From positions 2,170,001 through 2,234,000 of the forward strand of contig OX597826.1 of assembly GCA_951406725.2 (NCBI GenBank): DNA of 64,000 bases, given 5' to 3'. Positions 28,546-43,067 of the stretch are shown here, piece by piece. Both the position numbers and the translations under genes were made by a program. The notes under the pieces were generated by a model. It did no database searches. It was not told where the DNA came from and was given only the letters and a program-made list of their open reading frames with translations. This DNA comes from Octopus vulgaris (taxonomy: Eukaryota). Within the stretch, counting starts at the first letter, position 1, and every line of letters begins with the position of its first letter.

Positions 28546-29151
28546 TCCATTCATCTAACTGTAATCACAGTCCTTCAACTTGTCATCTCGTTTTCATTAT
28601 TAAATCCAAAAGAAGAAAACAATCTTCCGTTCTCACCAAGCAGATCTTTCCCGGGCCAATTTTTAACATAAAAATGATCGCTAAAAGGTTGGCACTTATA
28701 GGGAAGGGACGAAGCACTTCATTGGCCAAGATTCTCATCGTGAACGTCACATAAAAATTACAAGAGTATTTTACAATGAACTCATGTTCCTATACTGAGC
28801 TGTACAAAGAACTGATGCGTGATAAACCAAGAATTTTGGATGAGTTATTCATCCCTAAGGCAGATGTTGGTGATAGGAAACTACAAGATAGTAAATACAA
28901 TCCCTCATCTTCCTTCTAACGCTCAATCATACAGTAGTATGAAGGAGCGCTTCACCACCCACACACAGTAGTCAACATCTTTTGTATTCTTAAGATATTA
29001 CGATATTTATTAATTTTCGAACCTATTTCCTTTGAAATGCTTTTGAGTCTATATTGAACTATACAGTTTTATATTTAAGAGATGAGTAATTATATACATT
29101 GTTTACAATATTTACATTCGACAGATATTTGTCCTCATCTTGTTTGTTGTT

Positions 29152-29197
29152 AACACAACGTTTCGGCAGATATAGTCTCCAGCCTTCATCAGGTGTC
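29152..29197 (-). ncRNA. Minimal type I hammerhead ribozyme motif (H1)
   Basis: Minus strand reads gacac CTGATGA a ggctg gagactatat ctgcc GAAAC GTT gtgtt. Stem I gacac/gtgtt; one mismatch in stem II; palindromic AACGTT in place of a stem III loop. Confidence 0.75.
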
Positions 29198-29259
29198 TTG
29201 GGGGAAATTTCAAACCTGGGTTCTCATTCCTAAGGTATTTATCGATGTTGTTGTTGTTG

Positions 29260-29436
<177 letters not shown>

Positions 29437-29635
29437 TCACTGCCTGGAATCGAACTCGGAATCTTGGGGTTAGTAACCCGCGTTCTTAACCACTTTATAT
29501 GACTGTAGGAATATGGCAGCGCGGGCTACTAACCCAAAGATTCCGAGTTCGATTCCAGGCAGTGAACGAAACAACAACAATAATATCGGAAAAAAATACC
29601 TTTGGAATGTGAATCCAGGTTCGAAATTTCCCCAA

Positions 29636-29681
29636 GACACCTGATGAAAGCTGGAAGGTATTTTAGCCGAAACGTTGTGTT
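29636..29681 (+). ncRNA. Minimal type I hammerhead ribozyme motif (H1)
   Basis: gacac CTGATGA a agctg gaaggtattt tagcc GAAAC GTT gtgtt; stem II slightly decayed. Confidence 0.75.
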
Positions 29682-30995
29682 AACAACAAACAAGATGGGG
29701 ACAAATATCCGTCAGATGTAAATAAGGCAAATATTGAACTATGTTGATAAATGGTTATTTTCATTTATAAGCGAGATCGGTTTGTATGTTCTCTTGTGCT
29801 TTTTCTTTCCGTGAAGTCTTTAGGCAGACAATCTCATTCGATAAATTGTAAATAAATAAGAAAATTAATTTTGCATTACGGAATTTTGCATTACGGGATT
29901 TTGCATTGTGGACAGATTTTCGGTACCGCATTGTTTCCGTATATACCTATGTAGAAGGAACGTGCATTCATCACAGTTTGATCACCCTTGAGTGTAGGTC
30001 AGCTCGATCGAGGGTATGTCGTGCGACTTGGTGATCAACTGATGTACATTGATCGCTTTGGTAACAACTGCATCTGCCAAAGAAAAGCGACAATGACTGC
30101 ACTTGTGTTGAGGAAGTAAAACTATGAACACCAAGAGGACAATAAAAGATTATAGCACAAACACTAGAATTTCTAGAGAAAGGTGCCTACACCGATATGG
30201 GATTTTGTGATACGTGCAGAAGCGACCCTTAAAAACACAGACTATAGAAATCAAGTTTCTCCAAAATATGTCAAGGTTTATAATTCAAAGAAATAATATA
30301 TAAATGCGTACAACTACTTTTGAACATTCAAAGCAGGTTATAGTAGAGGTTATGCAATGGTGGAAAATATTTTTAACCGTAGCGTTTAGTTGAATTTGAT
30401 TGTAATTACGAGAATATAAATATCCAAGACAAAGCAAATATTAGCTCGTATGAACAGACTGGTTATCTGAATAATTAAACACATTTTTGCTATAATAAAT
30501 TGGAAATTGAAATGAAATCAGGAACATGCAGAGAGGAAAATGAGAACCGTTTATGACATGATTTATCATACAGGATTTAACATATGTTCTATGTCCTAAG
30601 GAGAATATTGTCACCACTATTTATAGAATGGCTGCTATTCCAAGAATATATATATTCTAATAAATAACATTCGGTATTGAATAACATATGTAAAAATAGA
30701 TGATTCCCAAAAGACAAAAACCAACAAAATTAGTAAGATATATTTCTTTGGAGCAAAGAATCGTGTACTGCATCGCAAAATTCATGGAACAGAAGGTCAA
30801 AAGGTACTAGGTCGTAAATGTTAGGCACCTATCTACATTAAATCTTTATTTCCCCGAAAACCCACCGGCGAATGTCACTTCTCTCGCTCCTCACCAACAT
30901 CCTGTCTATGTTAAAATATATTATTTATAAAGGTTCCACTGATATTTGAAACGGTGTTATGTAGAGAAGTAAACCTTTATAAGTAATATATTTTA

Positions 30996-32108
30996 ACTTT
31001 GCCTTTCATCCTTTCGACGTCGTATAAATAAGTACCAGTTACGCACTGGGGTCGATATAAAGGACTTAATCCGCTTGTCTGTCCTTCTTTGTTCCCTCTG
31101 TGTTTAGTCCCTTGTGGGTAGTAGAGAATAGATATTTCGCCCGTCGCAACGTGGTAAGTTCAAATTCCGTGGAGTTGGCGTTGCCTTTCATCCTTTCGGT
31201 GTTGATAAATTAAATACCAGTAAAACACTGGGGTCAATGTAATCGATTATCCCCTGCCACTAAATTTCACTCTTTGTGCCTATAGTAGAAAGGATTAACG
31301 ACTTACCGACCTTGCAATCGACCAACCTTATTGCAAGCAATAATATTCCTTTCTAGGCGGCGAACTGGCGGAGTATTTAGCTCACCGGGGGAAATGCTTA
31401 GCAGCATTTCATCCGTCTTTAGTTTCTGAGTTCAAATTCCGCCAGGGTCGACCTGCCTTTCTTTCTTTCGAGGTTGATAATATAAGCACCTGTTGAACAT
31501 TGGGGTCGATGTAATCGATATCGCCTCCCCACCTCAAACCTTCTGGGCATCTATCAAAATTGCAAATCGATATTTCTTTCAGCAACGTGCAGAAGGCCTG
31601 AAATTTGCGGCCAAGAGGATCACTTTATTACATTAACCCCAGTGCTCAATTAGTACCTATTTTCTGGACCCTACTTCTTTATTGCCCACAAGGGGCTAAA
31701 CATAGAGGGGGCAAACAAGGACAGACAAACGGATTAAGTTGATTACATTGACCCCAGTGCGTAACTGGTACTTAATTTATCGACCCTGAAAGGATGAAAG
31801 GCAAAGTCGGCCTCGGCGGAATTTGCACTGTGAATGTAAAAACATACGAAATACCTATTTCTTTACTACCCACAGGGGACTAAACACTTAGAGGACAAAG
31901 ACGGACAGACAAACGGATTAAGTCGATAATATCGACACCAGTGCGTAACTGGTACTTATTTAATCGACCCCGAAAGGATGAAAGGCAAAGTCGACCTCGG
32001 CGGAATTTGAACTCAGAATGTAGCGGCAGACGAAATACGGCTAAGCATTTCGCCCGGCGTGCTAACGTTTCTGCCAGCTCGCCGCCTGCCGTTTCTGCCA
32101 GCTCACCA
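30996..32108. mobile_element. Cluster of family B SINEs (plus strand 30996-31570; minus-strand tandem 31590-32108)
   Basis: Several body units in both orientations; head at 32045-32086. Confidence 0.8.
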
Positions 32109-32432
32109 TCCTTGGTGGTACTCGAACTCAGAAGGGAAAAAATAAATCTGAGCATATACACCACAGGACTTTTTTTGTCTAACGATTTATTGATCTTGCA
32201 ATCCTGCGCCCTTATCGCAAACAACGATATTGAAAACTAATATCACATTAGGTAAATTCGATTATCACTAAATGTAAAGAAAACTGAAATATTGTAACAC
32301 ATTTAACGTAATGTCGTTTAGTTGTTGTAAATAAGGCCACAACCTTGGTTGTTTGGAACAATTATAGATTTGATAGGGAACGAAAGTAAAAATGAATAAT
32401 TAAATAATTTAGCACGATAATGTCGGTCGATG

Positions 32433-32490
<58 letters not shown>

Positions 32491-32631
32491 GTGTGTGGAG
32501 AATGAGTAGAGTTAATTATACAGCATCAGAAACACTTGTGTAGTGTGTTTCTGTGTAAGGAAAATGGTTTCGTGCATACAGAGGGCGGTTTTATGTGTAC
32601 GTTTGGTGGAAGGTGCGTTTGTATGTGTGTA

Positions 32632-32682
<51 letters not shown>

Positions 32683-33307
32683 GTGTCCGTTTGTGTGTAT
32701 GCGTGAGAGAGAGAGTGTGTGTGTGAGAGAGAGTGAGTGAGTGAATGAGAGAGAGGAGAGAAAAAATGTAGTTTAGGAGAAATGTGTCTACTTCGAAAAG
32801 AACCTTGTGTGTATATTCTATCCACATGATTGTTGATGACGATGATGATGTTGATGATTGTGATAAAGGCAAAGTTAATGACGGAAGAAAGATATGTCGA
32901 GAATCATGAGGTGAAGAAGAAGAAAATGAAGAAGAAGAAGAAGAAAAGGAAGAAGAAAAAGAAGAAGAAGAAGAAGAAGAAGAAGAAGAAGAAGAAGAAG
33001 AAGGAGAAGAAAAGGAATGAGACAGGGAAATGAAAAGAGATTTGGAGAAGAAGATGGAGAAGAAGAAGAAGAAGAAGAAGAAGAAGAAGAAGAAGAAGAA
33101 GAAGAAGAAGAAGAAGAAGAAGAAGAAGAAGACAAAGAAGAAGAAGAAGGTGATGGTGATGATGATGTTTGATGATGTTGATGACGATAGTGACTGTGAT
33201 TATAATGCCGATGATGAAAGCAACGTGAATGCTGTCGATGACAATGACGACTACTTCGATAATGATACGGTGATGAATTTGATGAGGAACGTAATGGTGA
33301 TGGCGAA

Positions 33308-33341
<34 letters not shown>

Positions 33342-33869
33342 TTGTTGACAGTCATTAATAAGGAATAATTATGTTGGTATGTAATCATATATTGATCGTT
33401 AACAACGGTTACAAGTTCACAGCATTCGAATGAGTGACGGCTAATTAAATCGATCCAATAACTACTTTAGCTGTCACTTCATTAGACTGACCTTGGATGA
33501 ATAAAATATAAAGTTAGTCGCAGCGGGATTTGAACGCGGAACATATCGGGCATTAAGTAAATACACACTGCATTTCTTGACGCTCTGCTTATTCAGACGT
33601 GGTGGAAAACAAAGCGAAAGTAAGGGTGATGATGGGGTGCCAATATGATTGTAGTAGTGTTGGTGTTGGTGATGATGATGATGATGGTGAAGGTGGTGGT
33701 GGTGATTGCGGTGGTGGTAGTGATGGTGGTTGTGGTCGCTTTAACAGTGGTTGCTCCCCTCAATAATATCTTAAATTAAAATGTAGTCATAGAGATAAAC
33801 ATGTATATTATTTACGTTATTTACATTATTTACATTCGACAGATATTTGTCCTCATCTTGTTTGTTATT

Positions 33870-33915
33870 AACACAACGTTTCAGCTGATATACCCTCCAG
33901 CCTTCATCAGGTGTC
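33870..33915 (-). ncRNA. Minimal type I hammerhead ribozyme motif (H1), best-preserved copy
   Basis: Minus strand reads gacac CTGATGA a ggctg gagggtatat cagct GAAAC GTT gtgtt; stems I and II fully paired with G-U. Confidence 0.8.
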
Positions 33916-33963
33916 TTGGGGAAAATTTCTAACCTGGGTTCTCATTCATAAGGTATTTTTCTA

Positions 33964-34003
<40 letters not shown>

Positions 34004-34039
34004 TTATTATTATTATTGTTGTTGTTGTTCTTGTTGTTG

Positions 34040-34115
34040 TTCAGGTCACTGCTTGGAATCGAACTCGGAATCTTGGGGTTAGTCGCCCGCGCTTCTAACC
34101 ACTACGCTATATGCC
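34040..34115 (-). promoter_or_regulatory. tRNA-derived Pol III internal promoter head of the H1 element
   Basis: Minus strand: GCATA TAGCGTAGTGG (A box) ttagaagcgcgggcgactaaccccaagattccga GTTCGATTCC (B box) aagcagtgacc. No proper acceptor stem, so not a functional tRNA. Confidence 0.7.
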
Positions 34116-34126
34116 TGAACAATAAC

Positions 34127-34188
<62 letters not shown>

Positions 34189-34252
34189 TAATAATAAAAA
34201 TAACATCGAAAAATACCTTAGGAATAAGAACCCAGGATCGAAATTTCCGCAA

Positions 34253-34298
34253 GACACCTGAAGAAGGCTGGGGAGTAAATCAGCCGAAACATTGTGTT
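34253..34298 (+). ncRNA. Hammerhead motif (H1) with cleavage triplet changed to AUU
   Basis: gacac CTGAAGA a ggctg gggagtaaat cagcc GAAAC ATT gtgtt. Confidence 0.7.
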
Positions 34299-34440
34299 AT
34301 CAACAAACAAGGTGAAGACAAATAATTATGTACATAATTCGTCATCTCTTAAATATAGAACTGAGATAACCATGGCTGGAAAGAATGATTATAATGTCGG
34401 GCCTTGTGCCTAGACCAGAAAATAATATTTGTATGTTTTA

Positions 34441-34835
34441 AGGCGATGAGCTGACAGAAACGTTAGCAGCCCGGGCGAAATGCTTAGCCGTATTTCGTCT
34501 GTCTTTACGTTCTGAGTTCAAATTCCGCTGAGGTCGACTTTTCCTTTCATCCTTTCGGTAGATAAATTAAGTACCAGTTACGCACTGGGGTAGATATAAT
34601 CGACTTAATCCGTTTATCTGTCCTTGTTTGTCCTCTCTGTGTTTAGCTCCTTGTGGATAGTAAAGAAAGAGGTATTTCGGCTGTCTTTGCGCTTTGAGTT
34701 CAAATTCCGCAGAGGTCGACTTTTCATTTCAACCTTCCGAGGTCGATAAATTAAGTACCAGTTGCGTAGTGGGGTCGATCTAATCGACTGGCCCACTCCC
34801 CCAAAATGTCGGGCCTTGTGCCTAGGGCAATAAAG
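34441..34835 (+). mobile_element. SINE family B: head and two body units with different tails
   Basis: Unit 1 ends ...ttgtggatagtaaagaaa; unit 2 ends ...gggccttgtgcctag. Confidence 0.8.
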
Positions 34836-35494
34836 AATATGTAGGGTGAAATTATGTAGGTCCCAATAAAAAAATCGTGGTAGTCATGGTTGGACAGACT
34901 TTGAGTGTAGTTTCGCGTGACCCGTGTTGATCTATTCCTAAGCAACAACAGCAACAAAAGCTACAGCGAGAGCCTACAGGAATCAGTGACGATCTCGCTT
35001 TGTCTCTGTATTCTAGAAAAAACAGCTTAAATATACTTTTTTTCAATAAGGACGACCATGTTGTATGACTTGCCCTAAATAGAATATACCTGAATGAAAC
35101 GACGGCATGGTCACGTTTGGAAAGTCCACTGAACTTAGGTTTGTTTCAATGAGGATCTACTACGTATTTCAACAATAACAAGAACGACGAAAGCATCATC
35201 ATCATCAACAACAACAACAACAGCAATAACAACAGAATATTTTATCGTAACAACAAACCTATCAGGAACCAGTGAGGGTGTAGCCATCTGTTTTCGCTCC
35301 GTATGCTAGAGATAGCAGCTAAATATACCACTGAAATCTCCCCTTTGAAAAATAGGACGGCCATCTTGGATAATTTAATCATGAATACGATGTGCCAGAG
35401 GGAATCATCGGAATGTTCATGGTTGGAATGTCTTTGAGCTCAGGTTTCCGCAACAAGATTATACCACTCACTTAATAACAACCGTCGTCCTTTT

Positions 35495-35775
35495 CAAGCC
35501 TAGCCAGGCTCATGGGTCCGGTTTCCCAGTTTCTGTGGCGTATGTGTTCCCCCCAGTTGGACGGGACGCCAGTCCATCGCAGCGTGGAAGAGAGAGTGAG
35601 AGAAAGTTGTGGCGAAAGAGTTCAGCGGGGGTCGCCACCACCCCGTGACGGAGTCTTGTGGAACGTTTATGTGTTTTCGCTTAATAAACACACACAACGC
35701 CCGGTCTAGGAATCGAAACCGCGATCCTCCGATCGCGAGTCCGCTGCTCTAACCACTGGGCCATTGCGCTTCCAC
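35495..35775 (-). mobile_element. SINE family C
   Basis: gaatcgaaaccgcgatcctcc...ctctaaccactgggccattgcgcttcc. Confidence 0.8.
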
Positions 35776-36319
35776 ATTTAATAACAATACGAACATCAAA
35801 AGAACGGCAGCAGCTGCGGCAGCAGCTGCGGCAGCAGCTGCAGCAGCAGCAGTATGAACATTAGCAGCAGCAACAGCAACAACAGAGAGAACCTGTAACA
35901 CGTTTTACTGAAAGTGTTAAGATGTTTCTAAAAGTATTTTCAAGAAGCCATTTATCTCCTCACATCTATGGTAAGGGGTACAACTGGATTTCTCTGACAT
36001 ATCTGTCCCCAAAAATCTACCCGATATAGCTGTTTTCCTATCATTTATTTTCATTTATTCACCTCCCCCTCTCTCTCATTCTCCCTTCTTCCCCTTCTCT
36101 GCCCCTCTTTCCTTTCCTCTCTCACATTTTCTCTCATCACTCCTCTCTCAATCTCCACGCAGTCCTCCCGTTTTATCTCCTTTTATGATATCTAAAGTTT
36201 TCTTTCTAATTTTTCCATTTGTTCCCACTTTCCTTTCTTTCTTTTTTATTTTCTGTCTATCTATCAATCTATCTATATTTCTTTCTTTCTGTCTTTCTTT
36301 CTTTCATTCTTTCTTTCAT

Positions 36320-36362
<43 letters not shown>

Positions 36363-37393
36363 CTCTATCTGTCTCTGTCTGTCCCTCCCTTTCCGTCTCT
36401 CTATTTTCTTTCTGTTGTTCGATTATTCGTTTCATTTCTGCCCCTTCTTCTTCTTCTTCTTCTTCTTCTTCTTCTTCTTCTTCTTCTTCTTCTTCTTCTT
36501 CTTCTTCTTCTTCTTCTTCTTCTTCTTCTTCTTCTTCTTCTTCTTCTTCTTCTTCTTCTCCTTCCTCTTCTTCTCCTTCCTCTTACAATTTCTTCCCATT
36601 TCCTCTTCGCCAGCCTTTCTCTTCTGCTTCTCTTCCTTCTCTCGCAGTTTATTTTCCTTCATTCTCCTTCTCTCTGAGTCGTTGTAATTTACTTTCCTAT
36701 CTTCTGTGTCACACATATTTTACACGTTCACTTCTAAGTATTTAAAACGAAAAAACAAAAAAAAGAAAAACCCAAAACAATATTAACACGTAAACAAAAT
36801 TCCGAAACACAAACAAAAATATATTTCCAAAGCAACAAAAAACTCAATACCTTATAACTACATTTCTTGCTATACTTAGAGCAAGTAATATAATTATTTC
36901 TCAAAATATAACGGAAAGACATTTTGAAGCAAAAAATCTGCAAGAGAGAACATAATAAATCACGTTTGTTTCCTGCTACATAACTTAATATGATATGTAA
37001 ACAAACCGAATAAAATACACAATTTTGGAAAATTTGAATTCTATGATGTTTCACCGGAATTTTTGCGAGTGATTTTTACTACCGTGTATGTATATGTAAT
37101 CTGGCTAAGTCTAACGTTTTTGATATTCGTGTTTTCGGTGGTGATGTTTCGAGCTTAGCTTCTACGAAGGCATTTCGTTTGCGAAAACACAATCGTGTTC
37201 CCAATATGACATGTAATTACTTTAGCTATACATATGAGACGAAAGGTTTTTCTTTCATTCGTTTAGTCTGTATTTATATATAAAGTTATATGGCACTGAA
37301 GCCGGTTTATTGCTCCATCTCCAGATCGCTGGCTTCAAAATGTACTTCACGTGTTTTAGATACACAAACACACACGTGCCCGCACGCACACAC

Positions 37394-37461
<68 letters not shown>

Positions 37462-37481
37462 GTGTGTGTGTGTGTATATAA

Positions 37482-37605
37482 GACGGGTTTCTTTCAGTTT
37501 CTGCCTACAAAATCCGCTCACTAGGCTTTCATCGGCTCAAGACTATAATCGAAGACACTTATCCAAGAACTGAATTGGGAATCCTGGTTCTTACCACATA
37601 GCCAG
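37482..37605 (-). mobile_element. SINE family A 5' fragment
   Basis: gacgggtttctttcagtttctgcctacaaaatccgctcac...gaagacactt. Confidence 0.6.
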
Positions 37606-37645
37606 GCTTGTGCCTACATACATACATACATACATACACACACAT

Positions 37646-37713
<68 letters not shown>

Positions 37714-38528
37714 TCACGTAGACACATATGTATTGACTGACGCATAAGTGTATATACATAAGCATACACACAGGCGCTCATAACATCTATATAACTCATT
37801 AACTTGTCTTTCAGCCCAGTTTTAAAAATGGCCGTATAGAAAAGTATTTGTTTGGTCTGCCTCGAAAGTATCATTTTCTTTTAATTGAACTTCATTGTCT
37901 TGTAATCTTGATATTGCCAGCGTAAAATACCTTTATTCACATTTAAATTCTAACCAAACAATCTATATAAATAAACCATGCAATCAGCAATGGATACGAT
38001 AATAAATGAAAGAAAAATCAACGCAAGATTTCATCAAAAATATAAACAATTTGCGCCCCCACACAAACACACATTTATATACTACCTATTTGTGTGCGTT
38101 TTTGAATATATATATATTCAGAGGGAGACAGACAGACAGAGTCAGAAAGATGCATACGTACATATAAATGAGCTCACCAAGAAATGAATAAAGCTAAATA
38201 GTTGTTCTTCTTCTTTGCTTTTGCAGTCGATCTTCTTGTATATATGAGGGAATGTCTCGTATTCTTCACGTCCTTTGTAAATCCTTCATTTTTTCAAATG
38301 TATTCCAGTGAGATTACGTATTAAGATGAGATTTGTGTAGTTTTCTTGTTTTGCTTTGCACATACATTTTATAAACTCACATTGATATCTAGGTATATAC
38401 ATATATATGCACACGTGTGTGTGTGTGTGTGTGTGGGTTTATTTCTGTGTGTTTCTGTGTATTTGAATATATATATTTTTATATATATATTTTTATCTGT
38501 GTATATTGATATGTGTTTGTATGCATGC

Positions 38529-38578
<50 letters not shown>

Positions 38579-38638
38579 TTGTGTGTTTGTATATATGTAT
38601 ATATGTATGTGTATATCAATATATCTCTCCCTTTCTCT

Positions 38639-38673
<35 letters not shown>

Positions 38674-38692
38674 CATACATACATACATACAT

Positions 38693-38726
<34 letters not shown>

Positions 38727-39669
38727 GTATATACATATACACATCAAAACCCACAGACGCATATATACACATATATTATATAGTTTTGTTTCAATTGTTT
38801 TTTTTTTTCTATCCATTTCATTTCGTATGATCTAATACTTAATTTTCTATGATTGTTGTCTCACTAATATTAATTCCAGCCCCACCCTACCAATTAGCAA
38901 AAGCCGGCGTGGGAAATCTTGGAATGAACCGATTCTTAGTAAATAACTGGTATAATGATGAATGGCGTCAGAAGGGATAGAGGAGAAATTCCAGAGCTGT
39001 TAATTTGGAATTCAGATTCCTAGGTGTATGGAAATAAATAGTTATTAGTAGCACCGTCACGTCGCCGAAGTCTGGGTCAATGCATTGGGTCATGGAATCT
39101 CTTAATTCCTCTTCAATCCATGCTTTCAATATAGTAAGATTTCATAACGTAAAATGGATTTTATTTTTAATGTTTCAACACGATAAAGACATTACGATTT
39201 TACAATGTCCGACGTTTAAGTAAGAGAAGGAAATAAATACGAGAGAGATTTAGTACAGCGATCGGCAATATCTGATAGAGAATCTTCTTTGTCAATTTTT
39301 TCCTTCATTTTACTAAATTCTTTTTTTTTTCCATGAATATAATGGAGGGAAATTACGACGTTGTGTAGATTTTATTTTATTTTATTTCTAGCGCTAGTAT
39401 AGAAAAATTACATGAAGAATTATCGAAGCTGCATAATATAAAGGAAAAGAAATTCTCTGAAAATTGAAAGCGGTCATGTTTGATCTGTAATAAACCACAT
39501 GTGTCATAAGAAACGAGTAACGTTGAACCAAGTATAACGACGAGATATCTTTATTTCGCGGAAGAGAACGACCAATATCTCATCTCCTACACGTCAAGTA
39601 TTTAATAAAACAAATATACACATACAGACTACGCACACAAACAGAAGCACACACACAGTTAATAACACA

Positions 39670-39722
<53 letters not shown>

Positions 39723-39789
39723 ACCAGCACATGCGCACACGCTACCACGTACACACATAGATGCAGTTACTGTCACAAACATGCTACTA

Positions 39790-39824
<35 letters not shown>

Positions 39825-39949
39825 GCTACCGCACACACAAAAACACACGCACACATACTGATAATTTTCACACTCTTCTGTCCCCTGAAAGCAGTTTCCC
39901 TTCATTCCTTCTCTTTTCGGTTATTTCAAAACTGTAAGCGCGCGTAACG

Positions 39950-40125
39950 TTGGCGATTTTCATTCCTCCTTCTTCTTAGACCTTCCTGGGTTTTTTTCCG
40001 TTTTCGAAGATGACCAATTCTTGAAACGTAACAGTACCATTCTTTTCTTTCTTTGAGCGTCTTACTAATACCTTGCTCGTGCCACGTTCACACGTTCATT
40101 TTTTGTTTTTCTCTGTTTTTTAATT
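39950..40125 (+). mobile_element. Decayed copy of family H6
   Basis: ttcGAAGATGAccaattcttGAAACGTAacag...ttgagcgtcttactaata resembles the reverse complement of 51600-51730. Confidence 0.45.
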
Positions 40126-40134
40126 GACTATATA

Positions 40135-40184
<50 letters not shown>

Positions 40185-41790
40185 AGAGAGAGACAGATAG
40201 TTACGCTGCATAGAGAACAGATTTGTTCTCCTCAATACAGGGAGATAGCTCTGAGCGAACATATTGACAGATGCGGAAGAAATAAAACACCGAATTTCCA
40301 TATTTTCCATTGTACCAATGCAAAGATTTAATTTCCTTACAACAACGCCCAAACAAGCAAAACCGGTTCATACAAAAGTACAGAACACACCTTAATATAC
40401 ACACATGGCCACCTGATCCCTACACATTCCAATTTAAAAATCAAATTTATTTACCATTATTCAATAATACTGAGGAGGTAGTTGTCCCTTTTGCCACCTA
40501 TTGCCTCCCTTTATCTACTCTATCCATTCGTTCTTACTTTTCAAGAAATCCAAAATGGCGTGTTTCCTAACGATTCTGCCAACTCACCGCTATATATATA
40601 TACACGAAGTGTGATCAATATATATCCGGACTGTTACCATAATAACGAAGCTTAAGTAGCCAGAGTGAGGCCGCTTGCCACAAACTTACCTTGATCTTTG
40701 TTATGCAGAGCGCTTCGAAGTAATATATATAAAGTGTGATCCTCTAATTTACCGTGATGTTGATGTTGATGTAGACTCGGATACGGAAATGTATTACTTT
40801 ATATATTTTGTTTTGTGTATGCATTATCACGCATACAGTAAAATTCTACGAATAAACAGTATATATATTATTAGGCGACTCGATTGTCGGATGCTACATT
40901 TCATCGTCTTTATGGATCGTCAGCTGCTGAATCAGTGTCGTCATTCACTTCCGTTAAGAAAGTGTCGTCATATTCCAACATGAGAATACAAGCAGCACGT
41001 GAGCTGATTGCATAAATCTCTGTTAAGGGAGAACAAGCAAGGCTTATGGGATATTGTCTGTAGCTGAGAATTCATAGTGACGTGGAAACAAAGGAGTCTT
41101 ACGGTTCGCTGACAGCATTCACAGTTTTATTAACACATATTGTCTTGTCTATATTTTTTCCGCAACGTATAATTCAAGTCCGTCAGTGCACACAAATATG
41201 TTAGATATTATTATGGATATTCACTGTTGCTCAGTGCACCCATAATTATCATACACACTTGACACAAACGTATATATCTATGTATCCATGTTTCTACACT
41301 AGATCCAAGGTTCCTTCATTGGAATTCCGACAATATCAACGGGTTATTTTAGCCTATATGTGTGTATATGAGCAGTAAATATGCAGACTTGTATATTTTG
41401 TTTTGTGTATGTATTATCATGCATATCGTTGCATGTCTAGACATGCACATAGTTACAGCAAAAATTTATTGGATTTTACAGTTCCAGTGATGGCTTGGAT
41501 ATGTAGCGTTCGAATCAGCTGTCTGCTTCCTGGTTATCAGAAGCCTAATATCTCAAGATTGGTACTTAGGCAGTTATGTATGTATGTATGTATGTATGTA
41601 TGTATGTATGTATGTATGTATGTATGTATGTATGTATGTATGTATGTATGTATGTATGTATGTATGTATGTATGTATGTATGTACGTAAGTACGTATGTA
41701 TGCAGGTCTTTATGTATGTATATATGCATTGATGTATGTGTGCATGGATGCATGTATGGGTTTATATATACAGATATGAATAATAATTAT

Positions 41791-41825
<35 letters not shown>

Positions 41826-41843
41826 CATATATTTATATCTATA

Positions 41844-41879
<36 letters not shown>

Positions 41880-42103
41880 CATACATATGCGTATATTGAT
41901 TTTTCTTTAATCTTAAGGGCTACATAGTATAAAATATTTGAAAATTGAATTAACAGGTCACACAATATTTTAGAAGAGTTGTATAACTATTATGACAACT
42001 AGTTTGTTAAAATTCGTGAGCTTGGAACTTCGAAGTCACTTTCAAATGTGTTCTTCTCCAAACTAATATCTATTATCCAATCACCCATTTATAATATTTA
42101 TAC

Positions 42104-42161
<58 letters not shown>

Positions 42162-42782
42162 CTATATACACGTACATAAACACATATATGCCCACACACA
42201 TATAAATATACTAAGAAAACCATTTACATACACACACGTACAGTATCACAATACTATTTGATGTCTCATTGAATTCTTTTGAATATTGTTTCTTCAATAT
42301 TTGCATCGTTTATACTCTTCTTACATATATTTCTCTGACAATCAATCGAGAAATACTCTTATTCTACGCCTGCACATAACTAAATAGATAAATATTAATT
42401 TTATTTTCTACTTTAGTCAATGTTGACATAATCAATTGTATTTTCCATTTAAAACTATTTTTCTGTTTCTTTTTATAATAAAGTATATATATATATATAC
42501 ATCAGGGTTGAAAATGAAAAGGAATAAATATACCAATATAATAGACTTTGTGCTTAGATAAATAAACAGACAAATATAGAAATACGAAAACGAAAAAACA
42601 TAAAACTATAGTGACGTATAGGAAGTGAAATAGATAGATTTCCGGAAATCAGTAACATTCAAGGATTAATTCTAGTAAGTATACCAATGGGTATGTATAC
42701 ATATGAATATATACATATATATGTATGTATGTATATATGTATTGTTATAGATAGCTAAATATCTATGTATAAGCGTACATAC

Positions 42783-42864
<82 letters not shown>

Positions 42865-43004
42865 GGAGTAAACACATAAATGTGAAACAAGGTGGAAAAA
42901 AGAATACTCAAATACCAGTGGTAGAGTAATATATATATATACATGCATATATATATGTGTGTTTGTGTGTGTATTTATGCATAGATATATATGTATGCAT
43001 ATAT

Positions 43005-43067
<63 letters not shown>

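Larger units (their letters stand above)
33804..34362. mobile_element. Second H1 element (inverted HHR dimer with one tRNA-like head), opposite polarity to the 29 kb copy
   Basis: Same arms as 29063-29730. The terminus CAGTTCTATATTTAAGAGATGA is at the right end, reverse-complemented. Probable TSD GAGATAAACATG (33792-33803) / GAGATAACCATG (34363-34374). Confidence 0.85.

Noticed and set aside
29866-29912. Three 15-bp repeats (attttgcattacgg) as a CRISPR-like or regulatory array
   Set aside because: Simple tandem with no spacers, in eukaryotic context.
40600-40700. Mariner-like TIR after (TA)n
   Set aside because: No matching opposite end or transposase remnant found.
40885-40930. Minus-strand CTGACGA...GAAAT
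   Set aside because: Stems I and II do not pair.
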